Assembly: GCA_030157865.1 (NCBI GenBank)
Contig: JAOATY010000043.1
Location: 34,964 to 98,963, forward strand
Source: Candidatus Nanopelagicales bacterium
GTDB lineage: Bacteria; Actinomycetota; Actinomycetes; S36-B12; UBA5976
Direction: 5' to 3'
DNA: 64,000 bases
In this document: in pieces, positions 7,276 through 18,373 of the stretch
Layout: each line of letters starts with the position of its first letter
Numbering within the stretch: the stretch's first letter is position 1
The notes under the pieces: generated by a model
The model's database searches: none
Seen by the model: the letters and a program-made list of their open reading frames with translations, nothing else
Told to the model about the DNA's origin: nothing
Translations under genes and position numbers: made by a program

Positions 7276-9996
7276 CTAGCTAGCCGCTCCGTGACACTTC
7301 TTGAACTTGCTACCTGAACCACAAGGGCAAGGTTCATTGCGTCCAACATTTGCATACGCATCATTTGAAACTGAAGTAGTTTTCACTTCTCCGGATTCAC
7401 TTGGTCCTGAGTACTGCAGCGCAGGTGCTGATTGAGGTGTGGCTAAGCCCTTAGCTTCCAAATCAATTGCTTCTGATTCCCCATCCGCATGAACATGTGG
7501 AGTCACCGTTACTTCAGCGTTAAACATGTAGCCGACTGATGCTTCCTTGATGGCTTCCATCATGGCGACGAATAAGTCATAGCCTTCACGCTGGTACTCG
7601 ACAAGTGGATCACGCTGTGCCATGGCACGTAGCCCGATTCCTTCTTGTAAGTAATCCATTTCATACAAGTGCTCGCGCCATTTGCGATCAAGCACAGTAA
7701 GAATTACGCGACGTTCAAGTTCACGCATTACTGGAGCTTGTAGCTCAGCTTCGCGAGCTAAGTAAGCGCGATTGATATCTTCTTGCAAAGTTGCGGTCAT
7801 GAATTCTGCAGATAGATCTGCTGGATCTCCACCGGCTGCCTTCACCATGTCGTTAATCGAAACTTCGATTGGGTAAAGCGCGGAAAGTGCTTTCCAAAGT
7901 GCCTGCAGATCCCAATCTTCTGGGAACCCTTCTGCAGTTTCAGCAGCAACGTAAGCGGCAATGGTGTCATTCATGAATGTCTTGATCTGCTCTTGAATAT
8001 CTTCGCCATCAAGCACGCGTGAGCGTTCTCCATAAACAACCTGGCGTTGACGGTTCATGACTTCGTCATACTTCAAAACGTTCTTACGGATTTCAAAGTT
8101 TTGTGCTTCAACTTGGGTCTGAGCAGAACGGATAGAGTTCGTAACCATCTTTGCTTCAATTGGAACATCGTCTGGCACGTTAAAGCGCTGCAAGAAGGAG
8201 TTCACCATGTCGCCCTTGAATAGGCGCATCAAGTCATCTTCAAGTGACAAGTAGAAACGAGTTTCACCAGGATCGCCTTGGCGACCGGAACGACCACGAA
8301 GCTGGTTATCAATTCGACGAGATTCGTGACGCTCGGTACCTAGAACGTAAAGTCCACCGGCTGCTACAACTTCATCGTGTTCCGCGGCAACTGCTGCTTT
8401 TGCTGCTTCTAGGGCTGGACCCCAGGCGGCTTCATACTCAGCTGCATTCTCGACAGGATCTAAGCCACGTCGCTCAAGCTCTTGGGTCGCGCGAAATTCT
8501 GAATTACCACCAAGCATGATGTCGGTTCCACGACCAGCCATGTTTGTTGCAACAGTTACTGCGCCTTTACGACCTGCTTCAGCAACAATGGTTGCTTCGC
8601 GATCGTGTTGCTTAGCATTCAATACTTCATGCGGGATTCCCGAACGAGTTAAGTACTTGGAAACTAATTCGCTTTTCTCGACGCTGGTAGTACCAACCAA
8701 AACTGGTTGTCCCAAACGATGCTTTTCTTCGATGTCAGCAATAACTGCCTTCAACTTTGCATCTTCAGTTCGGTAAACCAAGTCTGACTGATCGATTCGT
8801 TGCACCGGACGATTAGCCGGAATAGGAACTACGCCCAGTTTGTAGATCTGTTGGAATTCTGACGCTTCAGTCATCGCAGTACCGGTCATGCCTGAAAGCT
8901 TGTCGTACATGCGGAAGTAGTTCTGGATTGTGATTGTTGCTAACGTCTGGTTTTCATTTTGAATTTGGACGCCTTCTTTGGCTTCGATTGCCTGATGCAT
9001 TCCATCGTTGTAACGACGGCCTGCCAAGATGCGTCCTGTGTGCTCATCAACAATTAGAACTTCGCCATCCATGACGACGTAATCTTTGTCCTTCTTAAAC
9101 AATGCGAGTGCCTTGATTGCATTGTTCAAGTAACCAACCAACTGAGTGTTTTCTGATTCGTAAAGGTTTTCGATACCTAACCAGTTTTCAACTTTCTCAA
9201 CACCTGGTTCCAAGATTCCGATAGTGCGCTTCTTTTCATTAACTTCGTAATCAGTCTCAGCACTCAAGCGTGGAACTAAGCGAGCAAACTCGGCGTACCA
9301 CTTGGTTGCAACATCAGCAGGTCCGCTAATCAAAAGTGGTGTTCTAGCCTCGTCAATCAAAATCGAGTCAACTTCGTCGACGATTGCAAAGTTGTAATCG
9401 CGCTGAACTCGATCCAACGGATTAAGTGTCATGTTGTCGCGAAGGTAATCAAATCCAAATTCATTGTTGGTGCCATAAGTAATGTCTGCGTTGTAAGAAG
9501 CACGACGTTGTTCTGGATTCATGTCGGAAAGAATTGTGCCAACTTCTAAACCTAAGAAGCGGTGAACGCGACCCATCCACTGTGCATCTCGAGCTGCGAG
9601 GTAATCGTTGACAGTTACAACGTGGACGCCACGGCCAGATAGCGCATTCAAATATGCCGGCAATGTAGAAACCAGTGTCTTACCTTCACCGGTGCGCATT
9701 TCTGCGATGTTGCCTAAGTGAAGTGCGGCGCCACCCATAAGCTGCACGTCATAGTGACGTTGGCCCAAGGTGCGCTTACTGGCTTCCCGAACGGCTGCGA
9801 ATGCCTCCGGCAACAAGTCGTCAAGGGTTTCGCCATTTGAAATTCGAAGTTTGAAATCTGCGGTTAGTGAGCGAAGTTCTTCATCGGTCATCGCAATGTA
9901 GTGCTCTTCAAGAGCATTAACCTGAGCAGCAAGTGACTCAAGGGTTCGCAGAATCTTTCCTTCGCCAGCACGAAGAATTTTGTCCAGAACGCTCAC
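7276..9996 (-). CDS. secA: Preprotein translocase ATPase SecA
   Basis: SecA motifs are present throughout ([28 protein letters not shown]-like, [10 protein letters not shown]), with a C-terminal zinc motif [14 protein letters not shown]. The ORF track starts at 10068. I prefer the GTG at 9996 ([14 protein letters not shown]) preceded by AAGGAC. Confidence 0.95.
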   Translation of the reverse strand: MSVLDKILRAGEGKILRTLESLAAQVNALEEHYIAMTDEELRSLTADFKLRISNGETLDDLLPEAFAAVREASKRTLGQRHYDVQLMGGAALHLGNIAEMRTGEGKTLVSTLPAYLNALSGRGVHVVTVNDYLAARDAQWMGRVHRFLGLEVGTILSDMNPEQRRASYNADITYGTNNEFGFDYLRDNMTLNPLDRVQRDYNFAIVDEVDSILIDEARTPLLISGPADVATKWYAEFARLVPRLSAETDYEVNEKKRTIGILEPGVEKVENWLGIENLYESENTQLVGYLNNAIKALALFKKDKDYVVMDGEVLIVDEHTGRILAGRRYNDGMHQAIEAKEGVQIQNENQTLATITIQNYFRMYDKLSGMTGTAMTEASEFQQIYKLGVVPIPANRPVQRIDQSDLVYRTEDAKLKAVIADIEEKHRLGQPVLVGTTSVEKSELVSKYLTRSGIPHEVLNAKQHDREATIVAEAGRKGAVTVATNMAGRGTDIMLGGNSEFRATQELERRGLDPVENAAEYEAAWGPALEAAKAAVAAEHDEVVAAGGLYVLGTERHESRRIDNQLRGRSGRQGDPGETRFYLSLEDDLMRLFKGDMVNSFLQRFNVPDDVPIEAKMVTNSIRSAQTQVEAQNFEIRKNVLKYDEVMNRQRQVVYGERSRVLDGEDIQEQIKTFMNDTIAAYVAAETAEGFPEDWDLQALWKALSALYPIEVSINDMVKAAGGDPADLSAEFMTATLQEDINRAYLAREAELQAPVMRELERRVILTVLDRKWREHLYEMDYLQEGIGLRAMAQRDPLVEYQREGYDLFVAMMEAIKEASVGYMFNAEVTVTPHVHADGESEAIDLEAKGLATPQSAPALQYSGPSESGEVKTTSVSNDAYANVGRNEPCPCGSGSKFKKCHGAAS

Positions 9997-10193
9997 AGAT
10001 AAGTCCTTGCTATTAATCACAGTTGCGCGATTGCGCTGTTCTAATCGTAAGTGACGACCAGTACCCACTTGAAATCCAGGACTAGTCGTTGGATTTAGCA
10101 GTTTTATGTCTATTTCTTGGATAGCGCTTCCCTATTTACGGGCTTTTCCTGTGTTAGTTTCGAAATGAAACTTCCCCCATCGAACGCGAGAAA

Positions 10194-12128
10194 ATGAACA
10201 AATCCTCGAAATTCCTTGTCACGGCAGCCGTTGTAACCGGTCTGCTTGGTGGCTCAATGGGGGCAGCTCAAGCAGCTGAGGTAGTTCAAGTACCAGCCGG
10301 ATTCACTATTAATGGTTCGGGCTTTGGTCACGGAGTTGGCATGAGTCAGTACGGCGCTCAAGGTATGGGCCTCGATGGCTACACCGCCTCACAGATTCTT
10401 ACGCACTATTACCAAGGAACGGCGGTCAATGCGGTTGCGTTGCCGTCAACAAATATTCGAGTTGGCATTTTGCAGGATCGAGCGTTTGTTGCAATTCGTG
10501 GTGAAAATGTTTTGGGTCAAACAACTGGTGGTGCGTTCAACATCACTGTCGATGCAAATGCACCAATCGTCGTTACACCAGGAGCAGTTGCGACCTTTAC
10601 AACTGTCAATGGCCTGACTGAAGTAACCGCAAATGGAACGGTATTAGCCGGAACAACAGTTGCTTTGACTTGGGACAATGCCACAACTGTCATGCACGTT
10701 AGAGGCGGCGCAGATGCAGCCTCTGCAACTAATGCACTGGGATCTTCAAACTGTGCTGCAAATGCTTGCACTAGCCGATACAAATACGGAACGTTAGAAG
10801 TAACTTCCGGAACTTTCGATGATGCAGTAGTTGATTTAGCTGTTGTCAATACTTTGCGTTTGTCAGATGAATATCTCTATGGCCTTGGTGAAGTTCCCTC
10901 TTCATGGACTGAAGCAGCCATGCAGGCACAAGCGATTGCTGGACGTTCCTACGCAGTGCGCAAGACCGCTACCCGTAGTGGATGCAACTGTCAGATTTAC
11001 GCGACAACTGTTGATCAAGCATTTGTTGGATACAGCAAAGAAATTGCAACCATGGGTGATCGTTGGGTTGCGGCTGTAAACGCAACCATCGTAGATGCCA
11101 ACACTGCTTACGTGGTTCAGTACAACGGATCAACAATTTCTACTTACTATTCCTCATCAACTGGCGGTAAGTCTCAACCAACTTCGGAAGTTTGGGGATC
11201 TGCATTCCCATATCTCGTAAGCGTTGAAGATCGATGGTCACTAGATCCTCGAGTTGGAAACGGAAACACTTCTTGGACTGCAACAGTTGATCAAGCATCC
11301 TTAGTTGCTCGGCTTCGCGCACAAGGTGTTTTAGTTTCCGATGTTTGGTCTATGACAGTTGCTGGCAACTACCCAAGTGGTGGCATCAGTAAATTGAATC
11401 TTTCAGATTCGGCCGGAAACATAACGTTGCTTTCCATTGCTCCTGGTCAGCCAGTAACGCCTGATGAGTTGCGTGGAGTGCTGGGCACAAAGTCCACTTA
11501 CATATCAGCGATCACACCTGGAATTGCAACGGTGCCTGGTTCAACAAGTGCAACTGCTAAGAAGTTATCCGCGGTAACCAAAGTCAACTGGCCTAAGAAG
11601 ACAATTGTTCCGAGTGACTACAGCTTCAGTGGAAAAGTTTCGCCAGCACAGCTTGGTGCAACCGTAAAGTTGCAGCGCAAATCTGGTGGCAAGTGGAAGA
11701 CCGTTTCGACTGCAACTACAAATGACAAGGGTGCGTGGTCAATTCTTTGGACTGGCCCGTCTGCTGGAAAACATGATTTACGAATCACGGCAACGAATTC
11801 CAAAGGAACTATCAAGACCAGTACTAAGCGCGTCACGATGGCAGGAACCATCGGTATTGCTGCACCGAAATCTGCCAAGCGAAATGCGAGCATGACCGTT
11901 ACTGGATCCGTGAGCCCGGGATATGAAAATGTTGCCGTGATCGTTGAGCGCAAACTTGGTAACGGTAAGTGGAAAAAGATTGGCACGGTTGCTACGGACG
12001 CTTCTGGAAATTGGGCCTTGACCCATAACGCAAGCTCTAAGAAATTAACGGTGTCTTACCGAGCAAAGACAAGTGACTCCCGCTTAGGTGTATTGGTATC
12101 AAGCACCAAAAAGACGAAAGTTAAATAG
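10194..12128 (+). CDS. Secreted SpoIID/LytB-domain protein with two C-terminal Ig-like repeats
   Basis: Signal peptide (AVVTGLLGGSMGAAQA). SpoIID hallmarks GFGHGVGMSQYGAQGMG and ...YYSSSTGG. The C-terminus has two ~70-aa repeats sharing G-KWK-x-[VI]-x-T-x-x-T-[ND]-x-x-G-x-W. Confidence 0.8.
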   Translation: MNKSSKFLVTAAVVTGLLGGSMGAAQAAEVVQVPAGFTINGSGFGHGVGMSQYGAQGMGLDGYTASQILTHYYQGTAVNAVALPSTNIRVGILQDRAFVAIRGENVLGQTTGGAFNITVDANAPIVVTPGAVATFTTVNGLTEVTANGTVLAGTTVALTWDNATTVMHVRGGADAASATNALGSSNCAANACTSRYKYGTLEVTSGTFDDAVVDLAVVNTLRLSDEYLYGLGEVPSSWTEAAMQAQAIAGRSYAVRKTATRSGCNCQIYATTVDQAFVGYSKEIATMGDRWVAAVNATIVDANTAYVVQYNGSTISTYYSSSTGGKSQPTSEVWGSAFPYLVSVEDRWSLDPRVGNGNTSWTATVDQASLVARLRAQGVLVSDVWSMTVAGNYPSGGISKLNLSDSAGNITLLSIAPGQPVTPDELRGVLGTKSTYISAITPGIATVPGSTSATAKKLSAVTKVNWPKKTIVPSDYSFSGKVSPAQLGATVKLQRKSGGKWKTVSTATTNDKGAWSILWTGPSAGKHDLRITATNSKGTIKTSTKRVTMAGTIGIAAPKSAKRNASMTVTGSVSPGYENVAVIVERKLGNGKWKKIGTVATDASGNWALTHNASSKKLTVSYRAKTSDSRLGVLVSSTKKTKVK

Positions 12129-12177
12129 CAACGTAAACTGAAGATAATCATTTTCTTCAGAAATCAAAGGCGTTCCT

Positions 12178-14337
12178 GTGTTTGAAAACATTGGCCAATT
12201 TGTGGTCCGACACCGTAAAGGTGTTTTTGTCGGTTACTTAATTTCAATCGTTGTTGCCGGTGTAATTGGCGCGGGAATGTTTAGCTCCTTGAAGAGCCAG
12301 GGCTATGACGATCTTGGTAGTGATTCCGCCGCCGTAGATCAACTTCTGAAGTCTGATTTCGATACTCGTGATGCCTCCGCAATCTTGGTCATCGACACCT
12401 TTGCCAGCATTGACGATCCAGCATCTGTTGCAGCTGCCAATGATTTGATTGCACAGGTTTCTGAGGAAGAAAACATCGAGTCCGTTGTTTCGTATTGGAA
12501 TACCGGTCAAGAAAGTTTGAAGAGTTTTGATGGCAATGCTGGTTTGGCATTGGTTTACTTTGATAAGAATTTAGATTCTGAAGAAGCTGCAGCAACTGCC
12601 AAAAACATCCAAGATACTTACGACAAGGAATCTGCCGGCACTCGCGCCTACGTTGGTGGCATTGAAGTTCTGTATGAAGCAATCAATGGCCAGATCAAAA
12701 ATGATTTGAAGATTGCTGAGGCAATCGCAATTCCGCTAAACATCTTGATGCTGCTGTTTGTTTTTGGCGCTGCAGTTGCTGCTGGATTGCCAATGATTGT
12801 TGCATTGGGCTCAATCACTGGAAGTTTCTTTGTCATCTACATAATCACCCAGTTCACTGATGTTTCAGTTTTTGCTCTCAACTTGATAACTGGTTTGGGT
12901 CTTGGGCTTGGCATTGACTACGCGCTGTTAATTGTTAATCGATACCGAGAAGAGTTGGCACGAACCAACGATGTTGCGGCCTCTGTTGTTAAAACTGTAA
13001 CTACTGCTGGTCGCACGGTATTTTTCTCTGGTATCACGGTTGCGTTAGTTCTGGCATCCATGATGCTATTCCCGCAGTATTTCTTGAAGTCATTTGCATA
13101 TGCAGGCGTCAGTGTTGTCTTATTCGCGGTCCTTGCATCTTTGATTGCTCTTCCTGCAACCCTTGCTCTACTTGGAACAAAAGTTGATAAGTGGAAACTT
13201 CGCCGTGGCGATCTAAAGCCTAAAGAATCTGGCGCTTGGTCAAAGCTTGCTACTGCAGTTATGAGGCGTCCGGTCCTGGTGATCGTTGGCACAGTCACTT
13301 TGTTGGTTGCACTCGCCTCACCTGCCCTAGACGCCAAGTTCAGCCAGGTAGACGATCGCGTGTTGCCAGCAAGTAATCCTGCAGCAATTGCATCAAATGA
13401 AATTAGAGAGCGGTTTGAAAGTCAGATTCCAGTTGAAGTTCTCGTTCCAATTTCAGCGTCCGTTGAAGAAGTTAACGAATACGCCAAAGCATTAGTCGCA
13501 GATGAAAATGTAATTAGTGGTCTGACTGGAAATACCTACATCGAAGGTGAAGTTGTTTCGCCATTGCCGCCGGAACAAGCAGTAGCAGCTTCCAGCGCAC
13601 ATCATCGAATCACGCTTTACACCGACGTTGAATCTCGGAACATGGACGCAAAAGATCTGATCACTAGATTGCGCGCCATTGAAGCTCCAGTCGAGGGAAC
13701 TCTGATCGGCGGCCAAGCTGCGATCTTTACCGATTCGCAAGCTGGTATCTCAGATAACCTGCCAGCAGTTTTGGGTTGGTTAACAATCGCAACCTTGATC
13801 ATCCTGTTTCTGTTCACTGGCAGTGCGATTCTGCCAATCAAGGCCGTGATCTTGAACATGCTTAGCCTTGGAGCCACGCTTGGTGTTTTGGTTTGGGTTT
13901 TCCAAGATGGCAATGCCATGTGGCTGGTCGGCGATTTCACAGTCACGGGCGCTTTAGATACTTCCACTTTGGTGCTAGTTGCAATCGTGGCATTTGGTCT
14001 GTCGATGGATTATGAATTATTCCTGCTGTCTCGAATTAAAGAAGAGCATGACAATGGCGCAGACACTACAACTTCAGTCAGCTCCGGCCTTCAGAAGTCA
14101 GGCCGAATCATCACTGCTGCTGCAGTTTTGATCGCAATCGTATTTGCCTGCTTTATGACCAGCGGCGTAACAAGTATCAAGATGCTTGGTCTTGGAATTT
14201 CATTTGCCATTTTGCTCGATGCCACAGTTGTCCGAGGTTTGTTAGTACCAGCTTTGATGCGAGTTGCTGGTGACTGGAACTGGTGGGCACCGAAATTCAT
14301 GCGTAAGATCCACGCTCGATTTGGCATCAACGACTAG
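12178..14337 (+). CDS. MMPL-family (RND superfamily) membrane transporter
   Basis: 719 aa. Two 6-TM bundles, each followed by a soluble loop. GLGLGIDYALLIVNRYREE and FGLSMDYELFLLSRIKEE are the paired MMPL signature motifs. Confidence 0.85.
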   Translation: MFENIGQFVVRHRKGVFVGYLISIVVAGVIGAGMFSSLKSQGYDDLGSDSAAVDQLLKSDFDTRDASAILVIDTFASIDDPASVAAANDLIAQVSEEENIESVVSYWNTGQESLKSFDGNAGLALVYFDKNLDSEEAAATAKNIQDTYDKESAGTRAYVGGIEVLYEAINGQIKNDLKIAEAIAIPLNILMLLFVFGAAVAAGLPMIVALGSITGSFFVIYIITQFTDVSVFALNLITGLGLGLGIDYALLIVNRYREELARTNDVAASVVKTVTTAGRTVFFSGITVALVLASMMLFPQYFLKSFAYAGVSVVLFAVLASLIALPATLALLGTKVDKWKLRRGDLKPKESGAWSKLATAVMRRPVLVIVGTVTLLVALASPALDAKFSQVDDRVLPASNPAAIASNEIRERFESQIPVEVLVPISASVEEVNEYAKALVADENVISGLTGNTYIEGEVVSPLPPEQAVAASSAHHRITLYTDVESRNMDAKDLITRLRAIEAPVEGTLIGGQAAIFTDSQAGISDNLPAVLGWLTIATLIILFLFTGSAILPIKAVILNMLSLGATLGVLVWVFQDGNAMWLVGDFTVTGALDTSTLVLVAIVAFGLSMDYELFLLSRIKEEHDNGADTTTSVSSGLQKSGRIITAAAVLIAIVFACFMTSGVTSIKMLGLGISFAILLDATVVRGLLVPALMRVAGDWNWWAPKFMRKIHARFGIND

Positions 14338-14353
14338 TAGCTGGACTTAACTA

Positions 14354-14653
14354 GTGGCAATTTTGATTGACCAAGCCCAGTGGCCTTGGCGCGACTGGTT
14401 ATGGTGTCACATGGTCAGCGATACCTCTGTAGGCGAACTAAAAGAGTTTGCTGCTGAACTTGGGTTACCCGAGCGAGGATTCCAAGGTGATCACTTCGAT
14501 GTACCGGATCACATGCGCGAGATTGCAATTTCTGCTGGCGCGCGCGAAGTAAGTACTCGCGAAATTCTCAGGGCCCTTTACCAATCAGGGATTCGTAAAC
14601 CCCCAAGCCAACGCCATGGCAGGCCAGAGCAGGTTCCAATTCATCAGCCGTAG
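14354..14653 (+). CDS. DUF4031 domain protein
   Basis: 99 aa. WPWRDWLWCHMVSDTSVGELKEFAAELGLPERGFQGDHFDVP matches the remembered DUF4031 pattern (W.HL.SD...ELH.FA..LGL). Confidence 0.7.
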   Translation: MAILIDQAQWPWRDWLWCHMVSDTSVGELKEFAAELGLPERGFQGDHFDVPDHMREIAISAGAREVSTREILRALYQSGIRKPPSQRHGRPEQVPIHQP

Positions 14654-14687
14654 TTAAGGTTTCTAGTCGATCTGACACAATGGCTAC

Positions 14688-15620
14688 ATGTCTACAAACC
14701 AAATCAGCAACGCCCCAATCAATCTTGCAAAATTTGCCTGGATGTCGATTGTCGTAAGTGTCGTTGTCTTTGGAATGAAGATGGCGGCTTGGTGGGCAAC
14801 TGGATCTGTTGGCCTGCTCTCGGATGCACTTGAATCAACCGTAAATATCGTTGCCGCAGTTGTTGCCCTTCTTGCACTTCGCACCGCAATGAAGCCTGCA
14901 GACGAAGAACATCATTTCGGACGTGGTAAAGCTGAATACATCTCCGCCTCAATTGAAGGCTTCATGATTCTGCTGGCAGCGTTGATCATTGTGTATACCG
15001 CAGTCGAGCGAATTATTACCCCGCGCGAGCTGGAACAGATTGGCTGGGGTTTAACCATTTCAACAATTGCTGCCGTTATCAATGGTGGCGCTGCCCTGAT
15101 TTTGTTACGTGCCGGAAAACTTCATCGCTCGCCAGTTCTTGTTGCCGATGGCAAGCACCTAATGACGGATGTTTGGACATCAGCTGGCGTAATTGTTGGT
15201 GTTGGTCTGGTTGTTGTAACTGGCTGGAATCGTCTTGATGGCATCGTTGCGCTAGCCGTTGGCCTCAACATCATTGTGACTGGCGTGAATTTACTTCGCA
15301 GCAGCACTGCTGGCTTGATGGACAAAGCACTTTCGGATGAAGATCACGAAAAAATTGTGAAGGTTCTAACCAAATACGAAAGTGAAGAAGTTAAGTTCCA
15401 TGCATTACAAACGCGTGAAGCTGGACGACAAAGATTTGTATCCATGCACGTTTTAGTTCCAGGTGCTTGGACTATCCAAAAGGGTCATGATCTATCTGAG
15501 GAACTTGAGGCAGACATAATTGCCGATCTTCCTGGCACGATCATTACAACGCATGTCGAGCCGCTCGAAGATGAGCGCTCTTGGGCAGATGAGCCTGAAG
15601 GCCAGCATCGCTGGCGCTAG
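14688..15620 (+). CDS. Cation diffusion facilitator family transporter
   Basis: 310 aa, six TM helices. LLSDALESTVNIV (TM2) and HLMTDVWTSAGVIVG (TM5) carry the CDF metal-site residues. C-terminal cytoplasmic domain present. Confidence 0.85.
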   Translation: MSTNQISNAPINLAKFAWMSIVVSVVVFGMKMAAWWATGSVGLLSDALESTVNIVAAVVALLALRTAMKPADEEHHFGRGKAEYISASIEGFMILLAALIIVYTAVERIITPRELEQIGWGLTISTIAAVINGGAALILLRAGKLHRSPVLVADGKHLMTDVWTSAGVIVGVGLVVVTGWNRLDGIVALAVGLNIIVTGVNLLRSSTAGLMDKALSDEDHEKIVKVLTKYESEEVKFHALQTREAGRQRFVSMHVLVPGAWTIQKGHDLSEELEADIIADLPGTIITTHVEPLEDERSWADEPEGQHRWR

Positions 15621-15626
15621 TTGGAA

Positions 15627-15947
15627 CTAGATTCCAGCTACTTCTTTAGCAACTTTTCGCTCGGTAAAGAAAGACATCAGTGGGATAGTGCCCGCCAACA
15701 TAATCAAAATCGTTTTGCCGAATGACCACTTAAGTTTTGTAGACAACATGAAAGTTGCAACTACATAAACCGGAAATAGGTAACCGTGCGCGGTCCAAGC
15801 TGCAGCATAAAACGCAGGCTCAGGATTCTCTAGAACGCGAACTGAGATTAGGAATGCAGTTAGCACCAACAAGACGGTGCCAACAACAACTGCCATGATC
15901 CGGTAGAACATCCACTGCTTAGCTACATCTTCACGATTCATTGTCAT
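15627..15947 (-). CDS. DUF3817-like small integral membrane protein
   Basis: 106 aa, 3-4 TM helices. AHGYLFPVYVVATFMLSTKLKWSFGKTILIMLAGTIP resembles DUF3817. Confidence 0.65.
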   Translation of the reverse strand: MTMNREDVAKQWMFYRIMAVVVGTVLLVLTAFLISVRVLENPEPAFYAAAWTAHGYLFPVYVVATFMLSTKLKWSFGKTILIMLAGTIPLMSFFTERKVAKEVAGI

Positions 15948-16707
15948 GCCTTAAGTCTGCATTACTATTTGCAATTTCGGCGAATTCCAGCTCATCACGC
16001 GTTACGCGAACCCACATCATTGCCACAATTCCAGCAAAGAACACCCAGTTGAATGTGTAGGCAACATTTCGCCAATTCAATCCCTTAACTACTGGCTCAG
16101 TAAAGATCGGATTAACCAAAGTTAGTGAGTCTGTGGGAGTGGTAGCGACAAGATAGCCATCGTGTGCAATTGTTCTGGAATTTTCAACAATCAAATCTGT
16201 AGTTAGCGGCTCGATCCCGTTTACAAGCTTCAAGCCCGGAACATCTTCACTAGGTTGCATAACTCCGGTCACCGTAGCTTCGCCACTTGCTAACTCGATT
16301 TGTTCTGGGGTCTCAGAAAATCCACGAACCACACCCAAACTAGATTCATCAGCGAGTTCCATGATGTCGACAACCCAGTAGCCAACTGGAACGGCCCACG
16401 AAACCACAGCCTCAGTTTCTGGATTTGAATTGACCATTGACTTGCCATCAACAACTCGCTCTGGCATCAGGATGCGTTCTTCGGGTTGCCAAGTGCCAGT
16501 TACTGAAGTTGGAACTCCAACTGATGAAGCAGGTAAGTAATCCCGAAGCGGACTTAACTCTTCGAAGGTGAGTGTCGTGGCACTTTCAGGTGGCACGTAG
16601 GCGTGGGCTCTATCCCATTGCCAATATGCAAGGGCAAGGCAGGCTAAAACCGATAACGCACCTAGAACGTGTATCGCCAATAGGCGAAGTGAAAAGTACC
16701 GATTCAT
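15931..16707 (-). CDS. SURF1-family protein (cytochrome oxidase assembly-like)
   Basis: 258 aa. N- and C-terminal TM helices flank a periplasmic domain. The N-terminal LALAYWQWDRA motif is typical of SURF1/Shy1. Confidence 0.65.
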   Translation of the reverse strand: MNRYFSLRLLAIHVLGALSVLACLALAYWQWDRAHAYVPPESATTLTFEELSPLRDYLPASSVGVPTSVTGTWQPEERILMPERVVDGKSMVNSNPETEAVVSWAVPVGYWVVDIMELADESSLGVVRGFSETPEQIELASGEATVTGVMQPSEDVPGLKLVNGIEPLTTDLIVENSRTIAHDGYLVATTPTDSLTLVNPIFTEPVVKGLNWRNVAYTFNWVFFAGIVAMMWVRVTRDELEFAEIANSNADLRHDNES

Positions 16708-16713
16708 AATCGC

Positions 16714-16917
16714 TTATTGTTCGGTATCGTCCTGCTCGAAGTTAACTTTCTTGATGTGACGATTGAAACTGAAGAGCAAGATGACGACCGCAATGGTTAG
16801 CAATAAAAATACGATGCCGCCTATTGGTCCTGGATTTACCTTCGAGGCATCAAACTCGGTTGAAGAAGGAAATGGCTCAGGAGATGCTCCCGCAATTGAA
16901 GTGATAAATCTAAACAT
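16714..16917 (-). CDS. Small single-pass membrane protein (hypothetical)
   Basis: 67 aa, one TM helix (IGGIVFLLLTIAVVILLF). The ATG directly abuts the mca stop (TAAATG at 16915-16920), which suggests co-translation. Confidence 0.45.
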   Translation of the reverse strand: MFRFITSIAGASPEPFPSSTEFDASKVNPGPIGGIVFLLLTIAVVILLFSFNRHIKKVNFEQDDTEQ

Positions 16918-17826
16918 TTACTTTCCCCTAAGTCCTTCGAACAAATCTGTCTCTTTAACAATTTCACCAATTCGTGAAATAGCAAGTTCATAATCTTCAG
17001 TTGGCCAAATTTCGGCTAGTTTTTCGTTGGGAATTACAAACCAGGTTTTTGGGTCAATTTGTGTTTCGTGTGCCTTTAATGCCTGTTCGCGAATTGGAAA
17101 CCACTCCGCACAATCAATTCGAGCCGTAACGCGAGTTGTTACTAGGTCTTCCTCTTCCCATCCATCTAGCCACTCTTGATACGGAGACTCGATACCTAAG
17201 TCTTGACAAGCATCATGCATGGCTTGCACACGGGCCTTGGAAAATCCATGGTGATAGTAAAGCTTTGCTGCAGCCCAAGGTTCTAGTTCAGTTTTGTATT
17301 CAGGATTTGCTGCCTGTTCCCAAGCGAACATCGAAACTTCATGAGTTCGAATGTGGTCTGGATGTGGGTAGCCACCATTTTCGTCATAAGTCGTAATCAC
17401 ATGAGGTTTGAATTCCCGAACAATCTCAACGAGCGGAGCGCTAACAAGTTCAAGTGGCAGATCTGCAAAGCAACCTTTTGGCAGCGGTGGCTTTGGATCT
17501 CCGTCAGGCCAACCTGAATCTTCGAATCCAAGCCAGCGATGTGACACACCAAGAATTTCCGCAGCTCGCTTCATTTCGTCTTTACGAACATCCGAGATAG
17601 ATCGGTCACCAAGTTCAAAGCCAGGATTAAGAATGTCTCCGCGCTCACCACCGGTACAACTGACAACCATGATCTGTACGCCTTCATTGACGTACATCGC
17701 AGTTGATGCCGAACCTTTACTGGATTCATCGTCAGGATGCGCATGAACTGCTAGCAATCGAAGCGGTTCGCCGTCCTTGGGCAAATACATTTCAGACCCT
17801 GGTGAGGTGAGATCTATTTGGGCCAT
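16918..17826 (-). CDS. mca: Mycothiol S-conjugate amidase (LmbE/PIG-L family)
   Basis: LRLLAVHAHPDDESSKG, TYDENGGYPHPDHIRTHEVS and WPTEDYELA closely follow the M. tuberculosis Mca sequence as I remember it. mca/DUF4307/greA synteny. The ORF track starts at 18000; I chose the ATG at 17826 (MAQIDL) preceded by GGAGAA. Confidence 0.85.
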   Translation of the reverse strand: MAQIDLTSPGSEMYLPKDGEPLRLLAVHAHPDDESSKGSASTAMYVNEGVQIMVVSCTGGERGDILNPGFELGDRSISDVRKDEMKRAAEILGVSHRWLGFEDSGWPDGDPKPPLPKGCFADLPLELVSAPLVEIVREFKPHVITTYDENGGYPHPDHIRTHEVSMFAWEQAANPEYKTELEPWAAAKLYYHHGFSKARVQAMHDACQDLGIESPYQEWLDGWEEEDLVTTRVTARIDCAEWFPIREQALKAHETQIDPKTWFVIPNEKLAEIWPTEDYELAISRIGEIVKETDLFEGLRGK

Positions 17827-17873
17827 GCCTCTATTCTCCACCATCTGCTGGAAGGACGTATTCTGGAGGGAGT

Positions 17874-18353
17874 ATGACAAATGATTCCAACCTCCCGCCT
17901 CACATCCAGCTTCGATATGGTGTGCGTCGCAGGCGTGTAGTTCCCGTACTAATCGGAATTCTGATTGCTGGCGTGGTTTCAGGAAGCTTGGCCTATGCAA
18001 ACTTTCGCCAACAGAATCCCAGCGTCAGTTCTCAACTACTTACCTTTGAAATTGTTTCTCCAACCCAAGTAAATGTGACTTGGGAGCTATCTCGCGGACC
18101 ACAGTTGGCAACCTATTGCGTGGTCCGAGCACAAGACATTTCCCGAACCGACGTTGGCTATGCGACCGTTACGGTGGCCGGCGGTACTGACTATGAACAA
18201 ATCACCTACCCACTAACGACAAATGGCCAGGCCGTTTTGGCTGAAGTTCTCGGTTGCTCAAACTCTGAAAACATGCGGGTTCCCCCTGCAAATTTCCCAC
18301 CAGGCGTGAAAATTCCGGAACAGGTCGCGCCTGGAGTCGCACCAACTAGCTAA
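17874..18353 (+). CDS. DUF4307 membrane protein
   Basis: 159 aa. RYG...RRR, then a TM helix, then a beta domain containing YCVVRAQD. Conserved position between mca and greA in Actinomycetota. Confidence 0.7.
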   Translation: MTNDSNLPPHIQLRYGVRRRRVVPVLIGILIAGVVSGSLAYANFRQQNPSVSSQLLTFEIVSPTQVNVTWELSRGPQLATYCVVRAQDISRTDVGYATVTVAGGTDYEQITYPLTTNGQAVLAEVLGCSNSENMRVPPANFPPGVKIPEQVAPGVAPTS

Positions 18354-18373
18354 ATACGCGTAATGTCTATCGA

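Noticed and set aside
9997-10068. 24-codon 5' extension of the secA ORF
   Set aside because: The known SecA N-terminus (..[11 protein letters not shown]) begins at the GTG at 9996, which has an AAGGAC SD. The extension has no SecA counterpart.
17827-18000. 58-codon 5' extension of mca
   Set aside because: It would overlap the divergent DUF4307 gene start region. The ATG at 17826 has a GGAGAA SD and matches the Mca N-terminus.
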